From Macrostomum lignano (Eukaryota): DNA of 64,000 nt. The position numbers and the translations under genes are program-made. The notes beneath the pieces were generated by a model that saw only the letters and a program-made list of their open reading frames with translations, searched no databases and was not told the DNA's origin. This document shows, in pieces, positions 47,211-61,399 of this stretch. The first letter of the stretch is position 1. Each line of letters begins with the position of its first letter. The DNA lies in assembly GCA_002269645.1 (NCBI GenBank), contig NIVC01000067.1, positions 1,065,214 to 1,129,213 of the forward strand, written 5' to 3'.

Positions 47211-48786
47211 TCAAAACAGGCCAGCGAGCGGGGAAGGGATTAAGGATGGATTAGCTGCTACTGGCTTAGCCTCCTTCACGTCCGTGTTCAGTTCCTTTTC
47301 GAATCTGTCATAAATAATTAATTAGCTGCGTCGGAATGGACAGAACCCGGCGGGACAACTGTACCCAGGCAATAAACTGGCCTGGAGTGTCTGGGAAACA
47401 GTTTAGATATCTTAGTAAACTGGCAATAAACTGGCCTGGAGTGACTGGGAAACAGTTTAGACATCTTAGTAAACTGGCAATAAACTGGCCTGGAGTGTCT
47501 GGGAAACAGTTTAGATATCTTAGTAAACTGGCAATAAACTGGCCTGGAGTGACTGGGAAACAGTTTAGATATCTTAGTAAACTGGCAGTAAACTGGCCTG
47601 GAGTTTGCACTTTCTTGAATAAGACTTGAGACACTTGGCAATGGTGTATCTTCTGTCTTTAACATGCACATACATACTTCAGTATTCAATCAAAATAACA
47701 TTTTGCGGTTTGAAAGATCAAAAAATTGATTGATTGCTGTTCCACTAAGCCTGATCTGCAGCTATCGATCTTCTGCTATGCATTTAAAAGGATGTTTTTA
47801 ATCGTCTGTTTCGTTGGTCGAGTCTTCTCATTGAAATGTTGAAGTTTTTGTCTGACAGACCAATTTTTGCAAAATGCCAATTCCCATCCTCCTGCAGTGT
47901 TTATCGTTCAGAGTGCCATTTCCAGCAGTGCTTATCGTTCAGAGTGCCATTTCCTGCAGTGTTTATCGTTCAGAGTGCCATTTCCTGTCAGAGTGCCATT
48001 TCCTGTTCAGAGTGCCATTTCCTGTTCAGAGCGCCATTTCCTGCAGTGTTTATCGTTCAGAGTGCCATTTCCTGTTCAGAGTGCCATTTCCTGTGCAGAG
48101 TGCTATTTCCTGTTCAGAGTGCCATTTCCTGTTCAGAGTGCCATTTCCTGTTCAGAGTGCCATTTCCTGTTCAGAGCGCCATTTCCTGCAGTGTTTATCG
48201 TTCAGAGTGCCATTTCCTGTTCAGAGTGCCATTTCCTGTTCAGAGCGCCATTTCCTGCAGTGTTTATCGTTCAGAGTGCCATTTCCTGTTCAGAGTGCCA
48301 TTTCCTGTGCAGAGTGCCATTTCCTGTTCAGAGTGCCATTTCCTGTTCAGAGTGCCATTTCCTGTTCAGAGTGCCATTTCCTGTTCAGAGTGCCATTTCC
48401 TGTTCAGAGTGCCATTTCCTGTTCAGAGTGGCAGTCCCACGGAGTGCCACCCGATCTCCTCCCAATATTCCCTCACAAGCGCCATGCCCTGCCCTGCTGC
48501 CCTACCGCCCCCAGACAGGAACCACTAGCTCATGCTTCCGAGGCGATAAGGATTCATGAGATCCCTCAGAGTCCTGGCGAAGACACCGGGCTGGAGCGGA
48601 GCGAAAGTCAGAATCGATAAGCTCGTTTTTATGGATCAAGAGCGGCCTTCCAACACCCTTCTCCAGCCGCCTGATTATCGATTGCGGCTGGGAAGTCGCC
48701 ACTCTGCCAGACGCTTCCCCAGCTGCCTGCATCTTCGGCTCAATGCTTGTCATGCACAGCCATAGTCTGACACGGCTTCGCCTCAT
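47211..48786 (-). CDS. Possible small 2-exon ORF (~124 aa), unknown product
   Basis: ORF 48786-48506 ends at CG|GTAGGC and joins in phase to 47304-47211 (ACAG|A TTC GAA..TGA), with repeat arrays filling the putative intron. No recognisable domain; the phase match has a 1-in-3 chance of being coincidental. Confidence 0.3.
47368..47600. repeat. 54-bp tandem repeat, ~4 copies
   Basis: 18-aa periodicity in ORF 47336..47629; GGCAATAAACTGGCCTGGAGTG recurs. Confidence 0.9.
47875..48430. repeat. 19-bp minisatellite (GTTCAGAGTGCCATTTCCT) with interspersed longer variants
   Basis: Direct reading. Confidence 0.92.
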
Positions 48787-48859
48787 CCTAACGATTTGGT
48801 TTGCTGTTCTAAATGAAATTCTTTCTAAAGCCTGACTTCCAATACCTATCCACTAGGTT

Positions 48860-49455
48860 GCCTCTTGTCTCCCTTCGTCTCCCCTCGTCTCTCTCCCGTT
48901 GCCTCTCTTCCCTTCTCTCCCTCCCCTTCTCTATCTCCCCTTGTCTCTCTCCCTTATCTCTCTCCCCTCTCTCTCTCTCTCCCTCTCTCCTTGTCTCTTT
49001 CCCCTTGTCTCTCCTCTTATATCTCTCCTTATCTCTCTCCTTGTCTCTCTCCCCCTGTCTCTCTCCCCTTGTCTCTCTCCCCTTGTCTCTTCCTTTATCT
49101 CCCCTTATCTCTCCTCTTGTCTCTCTCCCCTTGTCTCTTCCTTTATCTCCCCTTATCTCTCCCCTTGTCTCTCTCCCCTTGTCTCTCTCGTTGTCTCTCT
49201 CCCCTTATCTCTCCCCTTGTCTCTCTCCCCTTGTCTCTCTCCCCCTATCTCTTTCCCCCTGTCTCTCTCCCCTTGTCTCTCTCCCCCTGTCTCTCCCCTC
49301 CAGTCTCTCTCCCACTGTCTCTCTCACCTTGTCTCTCTCCCCCTGTCTCTCTCCCCCTGTCTCTCTCCCCCTGTCTCTCTCCCCTTGTCTCTCCCCTCCT
49401 GTCTCTCTCCCACTGTCTCTCTCACCTTGTCTCTCTCCCCCTGTCTCTCTCCCAA
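48860..49455. repeat. CT-rich low-complexity repeat (CTTGTCTCTCTCCC-type)
   Basis: Direct reading. Confidence 0.9.
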
Positions 49456-50130
49456 GTGTAACTTCTAATCCCAAGTGTCCTTTTTACAAGACATCCGCAA
49501 AAAACAAACGTACTCGAATACACAGCCGTCTGCATTTCTAAATAAAAAATTGAAATTATAGACAATACTAAACTGAAGTTCTGAAAGGCGTCTTTCCCTC
49601 ACCCTGGTTACTGAGTGAGTCTGGAGTGGAAATGATTAGAAAGACAGCCGGCTTGAGTCTTCTGTCTTGAGTTCCTCCCCACTCTGTCTCCCCCTGTGAA
49701 TTCTCGCGGGGCCGGACCGGTAGCCATTGCATTCATTATGCGCGCTTAATCTCATTTCCAAGAAAGGAAGAAGCAAAAAACTTCACTAGCTGTGCGCGCC
49801 CCAGGCCATTGACTCGCTGATATCGACCGCCAGTGCCCTACCTTCGATGCCGCCCGCGTGGAGCTCACAGCTGGTTGGCTTCGGGACCCGAGTGGATTCA
49901 GGGCCGGCCTCCTCACTCCGCTGGCTAAGGACTGCTGCTGCTGCTGCTAGGGATTCTCTTCCTCTCTCCTCTCACCCCCTCCGCCTGCCGCCTCACCGCC
50001 GCCTCCCCCCCCCCATCGCAGCATTTGAAACCGTCGCTACTAAAATGAGCAGAGAAGGAGACTGAGACGCGTTAAGGGTGTTGAAAAGTGATAACTGGCA
50101 ACTATAGTGAATTCAGCATCAACCCCATTG

Positions 50131-52516
50131 ATGTCAGCCGCCACAGTCAGCCCGGAGCTGCAGCGCTTTGAAGCTTGGCGCCTGGTTCTGGTTGGCCGCC
50201 TGATTGTCAACACCGCTGCCATTGTGCTGAACCTGCTGTGCTGCCTGCTGCTGGCCAAGCTGTGCCGCTGTCGCAAGTCCCACACAGGTATTGGGTCGCT
50301 GCTGTACCTCAGCTACGCCGAGCTGACGCTGGGTGTCACCTCCCAGCTGTTCTCCGTGCTGTTCTTGGCGTCCCACAACAGCGAGGAGGACCACGCCAGG
50401 ACCAGCCCGCTGGAGCACAACAGGGTGGCCGTTCTCGCGGCCTTGGCCAGTTCGGGCAGCTTGAAGCACGCCTCGCTGTTCCTCAGGCAGTGGTGGGTGG
50501 CCGGTCTGGTGCTGCTGCACTGCCTCGCCTGCTTGGCCCGGCGTCTCGGCCGCCCCCAGCTGGCCAGCCGCCTGTCCGGCCGGGCCCTCGTCAGCCGCTT
50601 CTACCGCCTGCTGCTGCTGCTGGGCGCGAGTTTCGGCCTCGTCCGTCTGGTGGCCGAGAAGATTCCCGAATATTTCCGAGCTTACTACATCCCCGAGGCG
50701 AGGCACACGGCGATTCACCGGGCGCTGTACGTGCTGGAGTTCCACGTGCCGCCGCTGCTGGCTCTGCCTGGCTGTGTGGCGCTGGCCGTCTTGCTATGGC
50801 TGCTACGACCGCCCGCGGCAACGACTGCTGCTAGGAGCAAAGCTGTTGCTGCTGCTGTGGATACCGGTGATGGGGGTCTTGTTGGACCGCAGCTGCTGCC
50901 GATGATGCAGGAGCAGCCGCAGCATCAGGGACAGCATTATGTTCAGCAGCTGCCCATCACCTGGTCGAGGAAATGTTCTCAGGTGAGTTCCGCAGCTGCG
51001 TCTGATGGGTTTTTGTCAGGTGCGTAAAAATGTCAGCGGTTTCCTGACACTCCGTCAGGTGTTGTCAGAAAATAATGACAGATGATTCTGTCAGTTGGTT
51101 CTGTCAGATGATTCTGTCAGATGATTCCGTCAGATAATACTGTCAAATGATTCTGTTAGCTGATGCTACATAATCCTGTCAGTTGAATCGCATCCTTGTC
51201 AGAAAAAGCTGTCAGAAACAGACTTACTGTCAGGAAGTCCCATCTACTGACAACAGGCAAAAGCAGAGCCGCACATCAGACGATCGATGCTTGCATGAGG
51301 CTGGGAATAATTTTCTTTACTTTTTCCGGTATACAGAGAGTAGAAACAGCCAAGTACGCAGACAGGCTGAAAATGATTCATTAAATCACCAGACCGTCTC
51401 AGAATGTAGCATTTTTTCAAGCTCCCATCATAACGGAAAAGTAAGCGTTTTTTGCTATTATTCTGCAGACTCAACTGCGCGCGCAGAGTCTTTAATGTTT
51501 TTTCCTCATTTGTAGCGATTGAAAAAAAGCCGGAAAATCTCGTCGTGACACGATTTTTAAGAAAAAAAAACAAATTTTACGAAAGTCACGCTTTCCTAGA
51601 AATAAATTGACGGCAGGGAAGAGTTTTTGTTTTTTTGAAAACTGTTATCTTGAAGACTATGCATTATAAAGATGTCTAAGAATACTAATATTATCCATAT
51701 CTGTATCCACATCTAATTAATTTCCCTAACTTCAAATTACTTGTAATGATGTTAAATCCTATTCCAACAGTTAATAAAAAACCATACAATGTGCACGTGC
51801 GTTGAAAATCTCTGTTGCTTGAATCCCCGACCGCAGGGACTTGAGAGTTCCTCTCATAAAAGCTTTAATTGAAACTGAAGATATTCATTCATTTCCACTG
51901 AAAATAAGGGCTACAATGGTCTTTTAAGTCTGTTATTGTCACTGAGTGGCCAATATCACTGAGATATATATGTTCTCGTAACCATATCCGTGTGGTCTGT
52001 CTAAAAACCTCTGTAACCATAACTTCCCGTAGGCGTATCCATGAACTCTGTTAACAACTATACCATTTCCTGGAAACTTGAATTCAAAATGGTAGGAAAT
52101 CACTTTCCAGGAAATCGAGTTCCTCAAAACACCGGTTATTAAAATCAGAATATAGAATTCTAATTTAATAAATTTATTTGAAAAAGAATTTTTGTCTTGG
52201 AAAATGGTTTCTCAATTCAAGTATTTTAACCCCTGCATCCGCACCGCAGCTGATTCTCACCATCGGCTTACTGTTCATAGTCTGCCAGGGACCGCTAATC
52301 TTCATGGACAGAGTCGACTCTGAGACACTGCTCTACATCAACCTGCAGGATCTGGCCATCTCCCTGTTCGGCTGCAGCCATTTCGCTGTGCTGGCTTGGT
52401 ACAGCTCAGCGTTCAGGCGCAAGCTGGCCATCATGTGCACCTGCACTGTGACCCCAGACACCGCACAGCAGGCCGACACAGTGCTTGACAGTTGCTGTCA
52501 AATGGTTGAAGTGTAG
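50131..52516 (+). CDS. Divergent rhodopsin-like (class A) 7TM receptor, orphan, ~372 aa
   Basis: Exons 50131-50982 (CAG|GTGAGT) and 52250-52516 (CGCAG|) join in phase 0. About seven hydrophobic segments: IVNTAAIVLNLLCCLLL; LLYLSYAELTLG; LFLRQWWVAGLVLLHCLACL; RLLLLLGASFGLV; LYVLEFHVPPLLALPGCVALAVLLW; RKCSQLILTIGLLFIVCQGP; LFGCSHFAVLAWYSSAFRRKL (helix-8-like FR). Confidence 0.72.
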
Positions 52517-52857
52517 CCCCATCTCTACCATACAGGACATTCGCTTTCTAATTGGTTGCGTCTGAAAGCATCCCAACCACTTGGGAATTTCGGCTTCTGA
52601 CCATAGACAAAACTGACTTGCTTTCGCAATGAACAGGATCCAGTCAGTTCAAAATGGCAGTCCTTTTTGGCACCACCGTTAGAAATTAGAACCAGAGAAT
52701 GGTCTTCAGATGGAATGGTCTAATCCTCATGGTTTCATGCACACATGGTTTGATTGTAATGTGTAGTGTTGTAGGTCTTTTTTAAAAGTGACTAGTTCAG
52801 CTTTTATAGTATCAGATTGTAGTTTTTGCCTAGCAAAAGAGCCCCATTGCAAGAGAA

Positions 52858-53100
52858 GGCTCGATTCCAAGTGCAGTCACATTATGACAATTTGTGGCTA
52901 AATTGGAATCTCGGCTTGGCTCTGCTCGTGCAATTAACACCCTTTAAGGCCAAACCCCCAAGGCACAGTGAAGTGTACATGCCTAACGATAGATAAAGTT
53001 AGTGCCGCTGTGCACTCCGTGTGAGTGTGTGCCTGTGCGTGTGACTGCGTGCGTATCCGCGCGCTTGTATGCCTGCTCAGGGGTTGTCTTTAATAAAAAA
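52858..53100 (+). mobile_element. 5'-truncated, internally deleted copy of the tRNA-derived SINE
   Basis: Begins at the B-box GGCTCGATTCC; collinear with the 13274 and 20846 copies; AATAAAAAA tail. Confidence 0.85.
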
Positions 53101-53361
53101 GCCCCCTTGCAATTTCACCTATTCGAACCAGTCACTAGGCTATCCCACATTCATTCGAATTCCCTTCATCAAATCTATCGGATTAAACTAATAAATAATC
53201 GCATCTGCGGCCTACTGATTCGCTATTAATAGCTAGTTTAAAAATGCAATGTTATTGTCCAGCTAAAATATAATTAACAATTCCCAATACTGCTATTTTA
53301 GGAGTTTTATTTATTATTAAATTATATTTGTTATAATCCATCAGCCTGGACTAGCTGAGGA

Positions 53362-53405
<44 letters not shown>

Positions 53406-53624
53406 AATTCCAACCAAGAATAATTGCTTCCCAATAAGTGCCAGAACTTCCCAGCGCCGCCCTGAGCATCACGCTAAGGAGCATGGCGCGGATCTTCATT
53501 CACTCGTTCTCATGCACAAAGAACCGGCATAACGGGCGTGTATAGTAGAGCCGCTGAAGCGGCAGCCAGGTAACATGGGAGCATGCGGTGCTGCCTCTTT
53601 TGTAGAAAATAAGAGAGAAATAAT

Positions 53625-53657
<33 letters not shown>

Positions 53658-53894
53658 ATGGGTGAGAAAGGGAGAGTTGGAGTTTAAAGTACATAGAGTA
53701 AGTGAATTTCATAGCTACTTATAAGTTCAATGGTGCCTTGTCAGATCATGCATCGCATACTTCTCTGTCAGCGTATAATCTTGAAAAAAGAAATTTTCGA
53801 TACATATCGGTCAGTAACACCTACCAAGTTTTGCATACGAGATAAAATAATCGAAACAGTTACGAGTATCTTCGAACTCGATCTGATAATTCGT

Positions 53895-55325
53895 GCCCTC
53901 CGCTCTCTTCCCATTCTCTCCGCTCTCTTCCCATTCTCTCCGCTCTCTTCCCATTCTCTCCGCTCTCTTCCCATTCTCTCGGCTCTCTTCCCATTCTCTC
54001 CGCTCTCTTCCCATTCTCTCCGCTCTCTTCCCATTCTCTCCGCTCTCTTCCCATTCTCTCCGCTCTCTTTCCATTCTCTCCGCTCTCTTCCCATTCTCTC
54101 CGCTCTCTTCCCATTCTCTCCGCTCTCTTCCCATTCTCTCCGCTCTCTTCCCATTCTCTCCGCTCTCTTCCCCATTCCCTCTCCCCTCTCCCCATTCTCT
54201 CCGCTCTCTTCCCCATTCCCTCCGCTCTCTTCCCATTCTTTCCGCTCTCTTCCCATTCTCTCCCCTCTCCCCCATTCCCTCCGCTCTCTTCCCCATTCCC
54301 TCTCCCCTCTCCCCCATTCCCTCTCCCCTCTCCCCCATTCCCTCTCCCCTCTCCCCCATTCCCTCCGCTCTCTTCCCCATTCCCTCTCCCCTCTCCCCCA
54401 TTCCCTCCGCTCTCTTCCCCATTCTCTCCGCTCTCTTCCCATTCTCTCCGCTCTCTTCCCATTCTCTCCGCTCTCTTCCCATTCTCTCCCCTCTCCCCCA
54501 TTCCCTCCGCTCTCTTCCCATTCCCTCCGCTCTCTTCCCATTCTCTCCCCTCTCCCCCATTCCCTCCGCTCTCTTCCCCATTCCCTCTCCCCTCTCCCCC
54601 ATTCCCTCTCCCCTCTCCCCCATTCCCTCCGCTCTCTTCCCCATTCCCTCCGCTCTCTTCCCATTCTTTCCGCTCTCTTCCCCATTCTCTCCGCTCTCTT
54701 CCCATTCTCTCCGCTCTCTTCCCATTCTCTCCGCTCTCTTCCCCATTCTCTCCGCTCTCTTCCCCATTCCCTCCGCTCTCTTCCCATTCTCTCCGCTTTC
54801 TCCCCCATTCCCTCAACTCTTTCACATTCCCTCAACTCTTTCACATTCCCTCAACTCTTTCACATTCCCTCAACTCTTTCACATTCCCTCAACTCTTTCA
54901 CATTCCCTCAACTCTTTCACATTCCCTCAACTCTTTCACATTCCCTCAACTCTTTCACATTCCCTCAACTCTCCCCATTCCCTCAACTCTTTCCCATTCC
55001 CTCAACTTCCCCATTCTCTCCACCATCTCCCACATTCCTTCCACCCTCTCCCACATTCCTTCCACCCTCTCCCACATTCCTTCCACCCTCTCCCACATTC
55101 CTTCCACCCTCTCCCACATTCCTTCCACCCTCTCCCACATTCCTTCCACCCTCTTCCACATTCCTTCCACCATCTCCCACATTCCTTCCACCCTCTCCCA
55201 CATTCCTTCCACCATCTCCCACATTCCTTCCACCCTCTCCCACATTCCTTCCACCCTCTCCCACATTCCTTCCACCCTCTCCCACATTCCTTCCACCCTC
55301 TCCCACATTCCTTCCACCCTCTCCC
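53895..55325. repeat. Compound pyrimidine-rich minisatellites (CGCTCTCTTCCCATTCTCTC 20-21 bp; CATTCCCTCAACTCTTTCA 19 bp; CACATTCCTTCCACCCTCTCC 21 bp)
   Basis: Direct reading; source of the spurious 300-575 aa ORFs. Confidence 0.95.
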
Positions 55326-56119
55326 CATAGTGATTCAGCAAAAAGCCGCGTTAAACAACAAACAAAGAAACAGGCAGGCAGTATTCGTATTAAAGAGGCC
55401 CGAGAGACTAGTATTAAATCGGCCGACATTGTAAAATATATAAGCCAGGATAGATAGGAAGTTGCGTTGGTGTCTGGTCGTTATAAGGGTGGGCAGGGCA
55501 GGGCAGGGCAGATAGAGAGAGAGGGGATGGCCTTTGATCTGTCGGGAGTCGGTCGGCAAGCCCTGATTAAGCTTTATTGTCTTCATTGAGCCACAATTAA
55601 TCTCACTGACTATAAGAGAGATTGTGCAGAGGGTGGGTGAGAGAGTCTGCAGGCAAGAGAGGGTGGGTAGCCAGGGGGTATGGAAAAGCTGATTTTCTGG
55701 CTCCGGTCAGCAGCCAGCACCGGGAGCTGCAATTTCCATACCGCAAGCGGGGGGGGGCAAAGATGGCAAAGGTAGATTTTGCAGAGCCGGCGGATAGGGA
55801 GTTGAGGAAATTAGAAATCAGTGCTCAGTCTGCGACGATAAAAGCTGCGCTGAGCTGCCCCCGCAAGTATAAGGCCTTCCCTCCGGAGTATATAAGCCTC
55901 AGAGATTTTTATTGCTCATGTTCCATGGTGCAACATTAAAATTAATAGGATTAAAAATTATCATTCACTTTGCGTTATAAATGTATGATTTATAAAATTA
56001 TTATTGTCAATTATGCGAGCTGATACGAGTAATTATTATCTGGGACTGGTGACACAGTCAATTCACTGTATATATAAATTGTACTCGCACTTATTGTACA
56101 TTAAAGATAATTGGCACTT

Positions 56120-56790
56120 ATGGATAATCAATATGATGGAAAACAAATTATCAATAATCAATATGATAGATAAAAAATAATCGATAATAGATACAGCAGA
56201 TAATGAATAGATAATGAATTGTGGATAATCGATATGATAGATACCAAATAATCGATAATAGATGTGATAGACAACAAATTATCGATAATAGATATGATAG
56301 GTAACGAACTATGGATAATCAATATGAGAGTTATCAAATTATCGATAATAGAAATGATAGATAACAAATTATCGATAAATAATATGATGGATAACGTATT
56401 ATCGATAATAGACATGATAGATAACGAATTATCGATAATAGATATGATAGATAACAAATTGTAGATAATAAATATGGTAGATAACGAATTATCGATAATC
56501 GATATGATAGATGACAAATTATCGATAATAGACACGATAAATAACAAATTGTAGATAATAAATATGGTAGAAAACGAATTATCGATAATCGATATGATAG
56601 ATGACAAATTATCGATAATAGACACGATAAATAACAAATTGTAGATAATAAATATGGTAGAAAACGAATTATCGATAATCGATATGATAGATGACAAATT
56701 ATCGATAATAGACACGATAAATAACAAATTGTAGATAATAAATATGGTAGATAACGAATTATCGATAATAAACATGATAGATAACGATTT
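56120..56790. repeat. AT-rich 30-bp minisatellite (ATCGATAATAGATATGATAGATAACAAATT), with 90-bp higher-order period in part
   Basis: Direct reading. Confidence 0.9.
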
Positions 56791-57399
56791 ACTTACAATA
56801 CAATATATATAAATATAGTTGCCCAAACATGGGGGCAGAGAAGAAGATTCGAAAAATTAATAGGCTATGGTCATGAAAGCATGAAGCCCTCATGTCTTCA
56901 AAAATAAATAATGAAAGACAGCATTGACAGCCAAAGACTCAATGACTGGTTTGGGCTGCTCAAGTCACGAAGGAGCCTTAGCAACTCGAGCTTGAACAGG
57001 TTGGCCCCGAATGCGAAATTCGATAGTGTAGGGCCGTGGCTAGAAAAGACGATGGGCACTTGCCATATATGGAAATCTGACTTTGGGGCAGTGATGAAGA
57101 AGAGATGCAAGCAGGTGGGGCATTGAGCTGCTCTGTATAATTTGCATTGTGTTGCCGGCGGCCTCCGCGCAGCACTCCGAGATGATAACGGGGGATTCTG
57201 CGAATTGCATGAGTAGCTGAGGGAAGAAATTCTGAGGGGCTCAGTTTTAAAGAGGCTGCGGAATTAACAGGGCTGATGAAGCCCGTTGAATACAGAGCTG
57301 CTGCATGCACTACAAGTCCTGTGAGGGCGTTTCCTTATCTTGATGAGGGTAGGGGGAGCTGGGGTAAACAGGGGACGGTGAGAGAGAGGGAGAGATAGA

Positions 57400-59379
<1,980 letters not shown>

Positions 59380-59809
59380 CCAAGTGAGGCAGACAAAAAT
59401 GCAGACTATGAAAATTAGCTACAAAGCAAAGCCACGGGAGCGTATAATGACTAAGCACACGCATTAACATTTTCCACCTCTCCGGCAATAATAATGGATT
59501 ACCCTGTAGCATTGCTAATACTTGCGACCAACTTGCAAATTGGCGAACTAGCCAGCTATGACTCCAACGAGTTTGAATGGGTGCAAAACCGTCAATACTC
59601 AATGGAAATAATGGTAACAAAATTAATAATAGTCTGCCTATTTTTTCCCTCGTCGCTCCGGACAAGCAGCTGCACTAGATAAATGAATTGGTGGGCGATG
59701 CGGAACGAATCGCATCGAGCTGCATGGAGTGATGCATTAGCTGTAAGCGAGGGAAGCTGGAGAGACAGGCTGCAGTGGCCTCACTCTCCTATCGGGCAGC
59801 AATGAGATA

Positions 59810-59825
59810 GAGAGTGAGCTGGCAT

Positions 59826-59890
<65 letters not shown>

Positions 59891-59939
59891 AGCAGACATA
59901 CAGAGAGAGTGAGCAGACATGCCGAGAGAGTGAGCAGAC

Positions 59940-59989
<50 letters not shown>

Positions 59990-60015
59990 CAGACATACAG
60001 AGAGAGTGAGCAGAC

Positions 60016-60050
<35 letters not shown>

Positions 60051-60098
60051 GCAGACATACAGAGAGAGTGAGCAGACATGCCGAGAGAGTGAGCAGAC

Positions 60099-60141
<43 letters not shown>

Positions 60142-60201
60142 AAGAGAGAAAGAGCAGACATACAGAGAGAGTGAGCAGACATGCCGAGAGAGTGAGCAGA
60201 C

Positions 60202-60240
<39 letters not shown>

Positions 60241-60288
60241 GCAGACATACAGAGAGAGTGAGCAGACATGCCGAGAGAGTGAGCAGAC

Positions 60289-60327
<39 letters not shown>

Positions 60328-60375
60328 GCAGACATACAGAGAGAGTGAGCAGACATGCCGAGAGAGTGAGCAGAC

Positions 60376-60427
<52 letters not shown>

Positions 60428-60453
60428 CAGACATACAGAGAGAGTGAGCAGAC

Positions 60454-60488
<35 letters not shown>

Positions 60489-60536
60489 GCAGACATACAG
60501 AGAGAGTGAGCAGACATGCCGAGAGAGTGAGCAGAC

Positions 60537-60583
<47 letters not shown>

Positions 60584-60642
60584 AAGAGAGAAGAGCAGAC
60601 ATACAGAGAGAGTGAGCAGACATGCCGAGAGAGTGAGCAGAC

Positions 60643-60681
<39 letters not shown>

Positions 60682-60729
60682 GCAGACATACAGAGAGAGT
60701 GAGCAGACATGCCGAGAGAGTGAGCAGAC

Positions 60730-60783
<54 letters not shown>

Positions 60784-60895
60784 CAGACATACAGAGAGAG
60801 AGAGAGAGAGAGAAAGAGCAGACATACAGAGAGAGAGAGAGAGAGAGAGAAAGAGCAGACATACAGAGAGGGAGAGAGAGAGAGAGAGAGAGAGG
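59810..60895. repeat. (GA)n microsatellite interleaved with GTGAGCAGACAT(AC/GCC)AGAG modules
   Basis: Direct reading. Confidence 0.95.
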
Positions 60896-61399
60896 AGGCG
60901 CCTCCAATCTCGGGCACTGACACGGTAGAAAGTCAGAAAGGACTGAAAAAAGTCAATTTAAATTGAGTAGCCGATATTTCGAAATTAAATTTCTTCGTCA
61001 GGGCTGTAAGCGAGTGTAGTTTATTTGCGCGAATTGCCGTCAAAAATATAAAGGCGATATCGCCAGGAGAGACGATCGATAAATTGATGTGCTCAAGCCT
61101 TAAAAACAGTGCGCATGGTCAGTACATTAAAACGAGTCCGAGACTATGAGAAAAGCGGGGGTGGCTAAAACTGTACAATTGGGCCTAGACGACCTTTAAG
61201 TGTAGAATAAAAATTGCAAAAATAAATGGCGAATAAATAGGTAAGGTAAATAAAATAATTATTAAATGCTCAGAGCAAAAATGCAGGTGCACCGTACACA
61301 GTGTCAGAAAAATGAATAAAAACTGAAAATAAATAATCTGAATAAATCGAAATAAAGTCAATGAAAAAATCACAGAGGGGAAAATAGCAGTAAAGGAGC

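Noticed and set aside
57265-57330. CTGATGA followed by GAAT, a possible Penelope-associated hammerhead
   Set aside because: The core GAAA is missing, stems I-III do not pair convincingly, and it lies 4 kb from the element.
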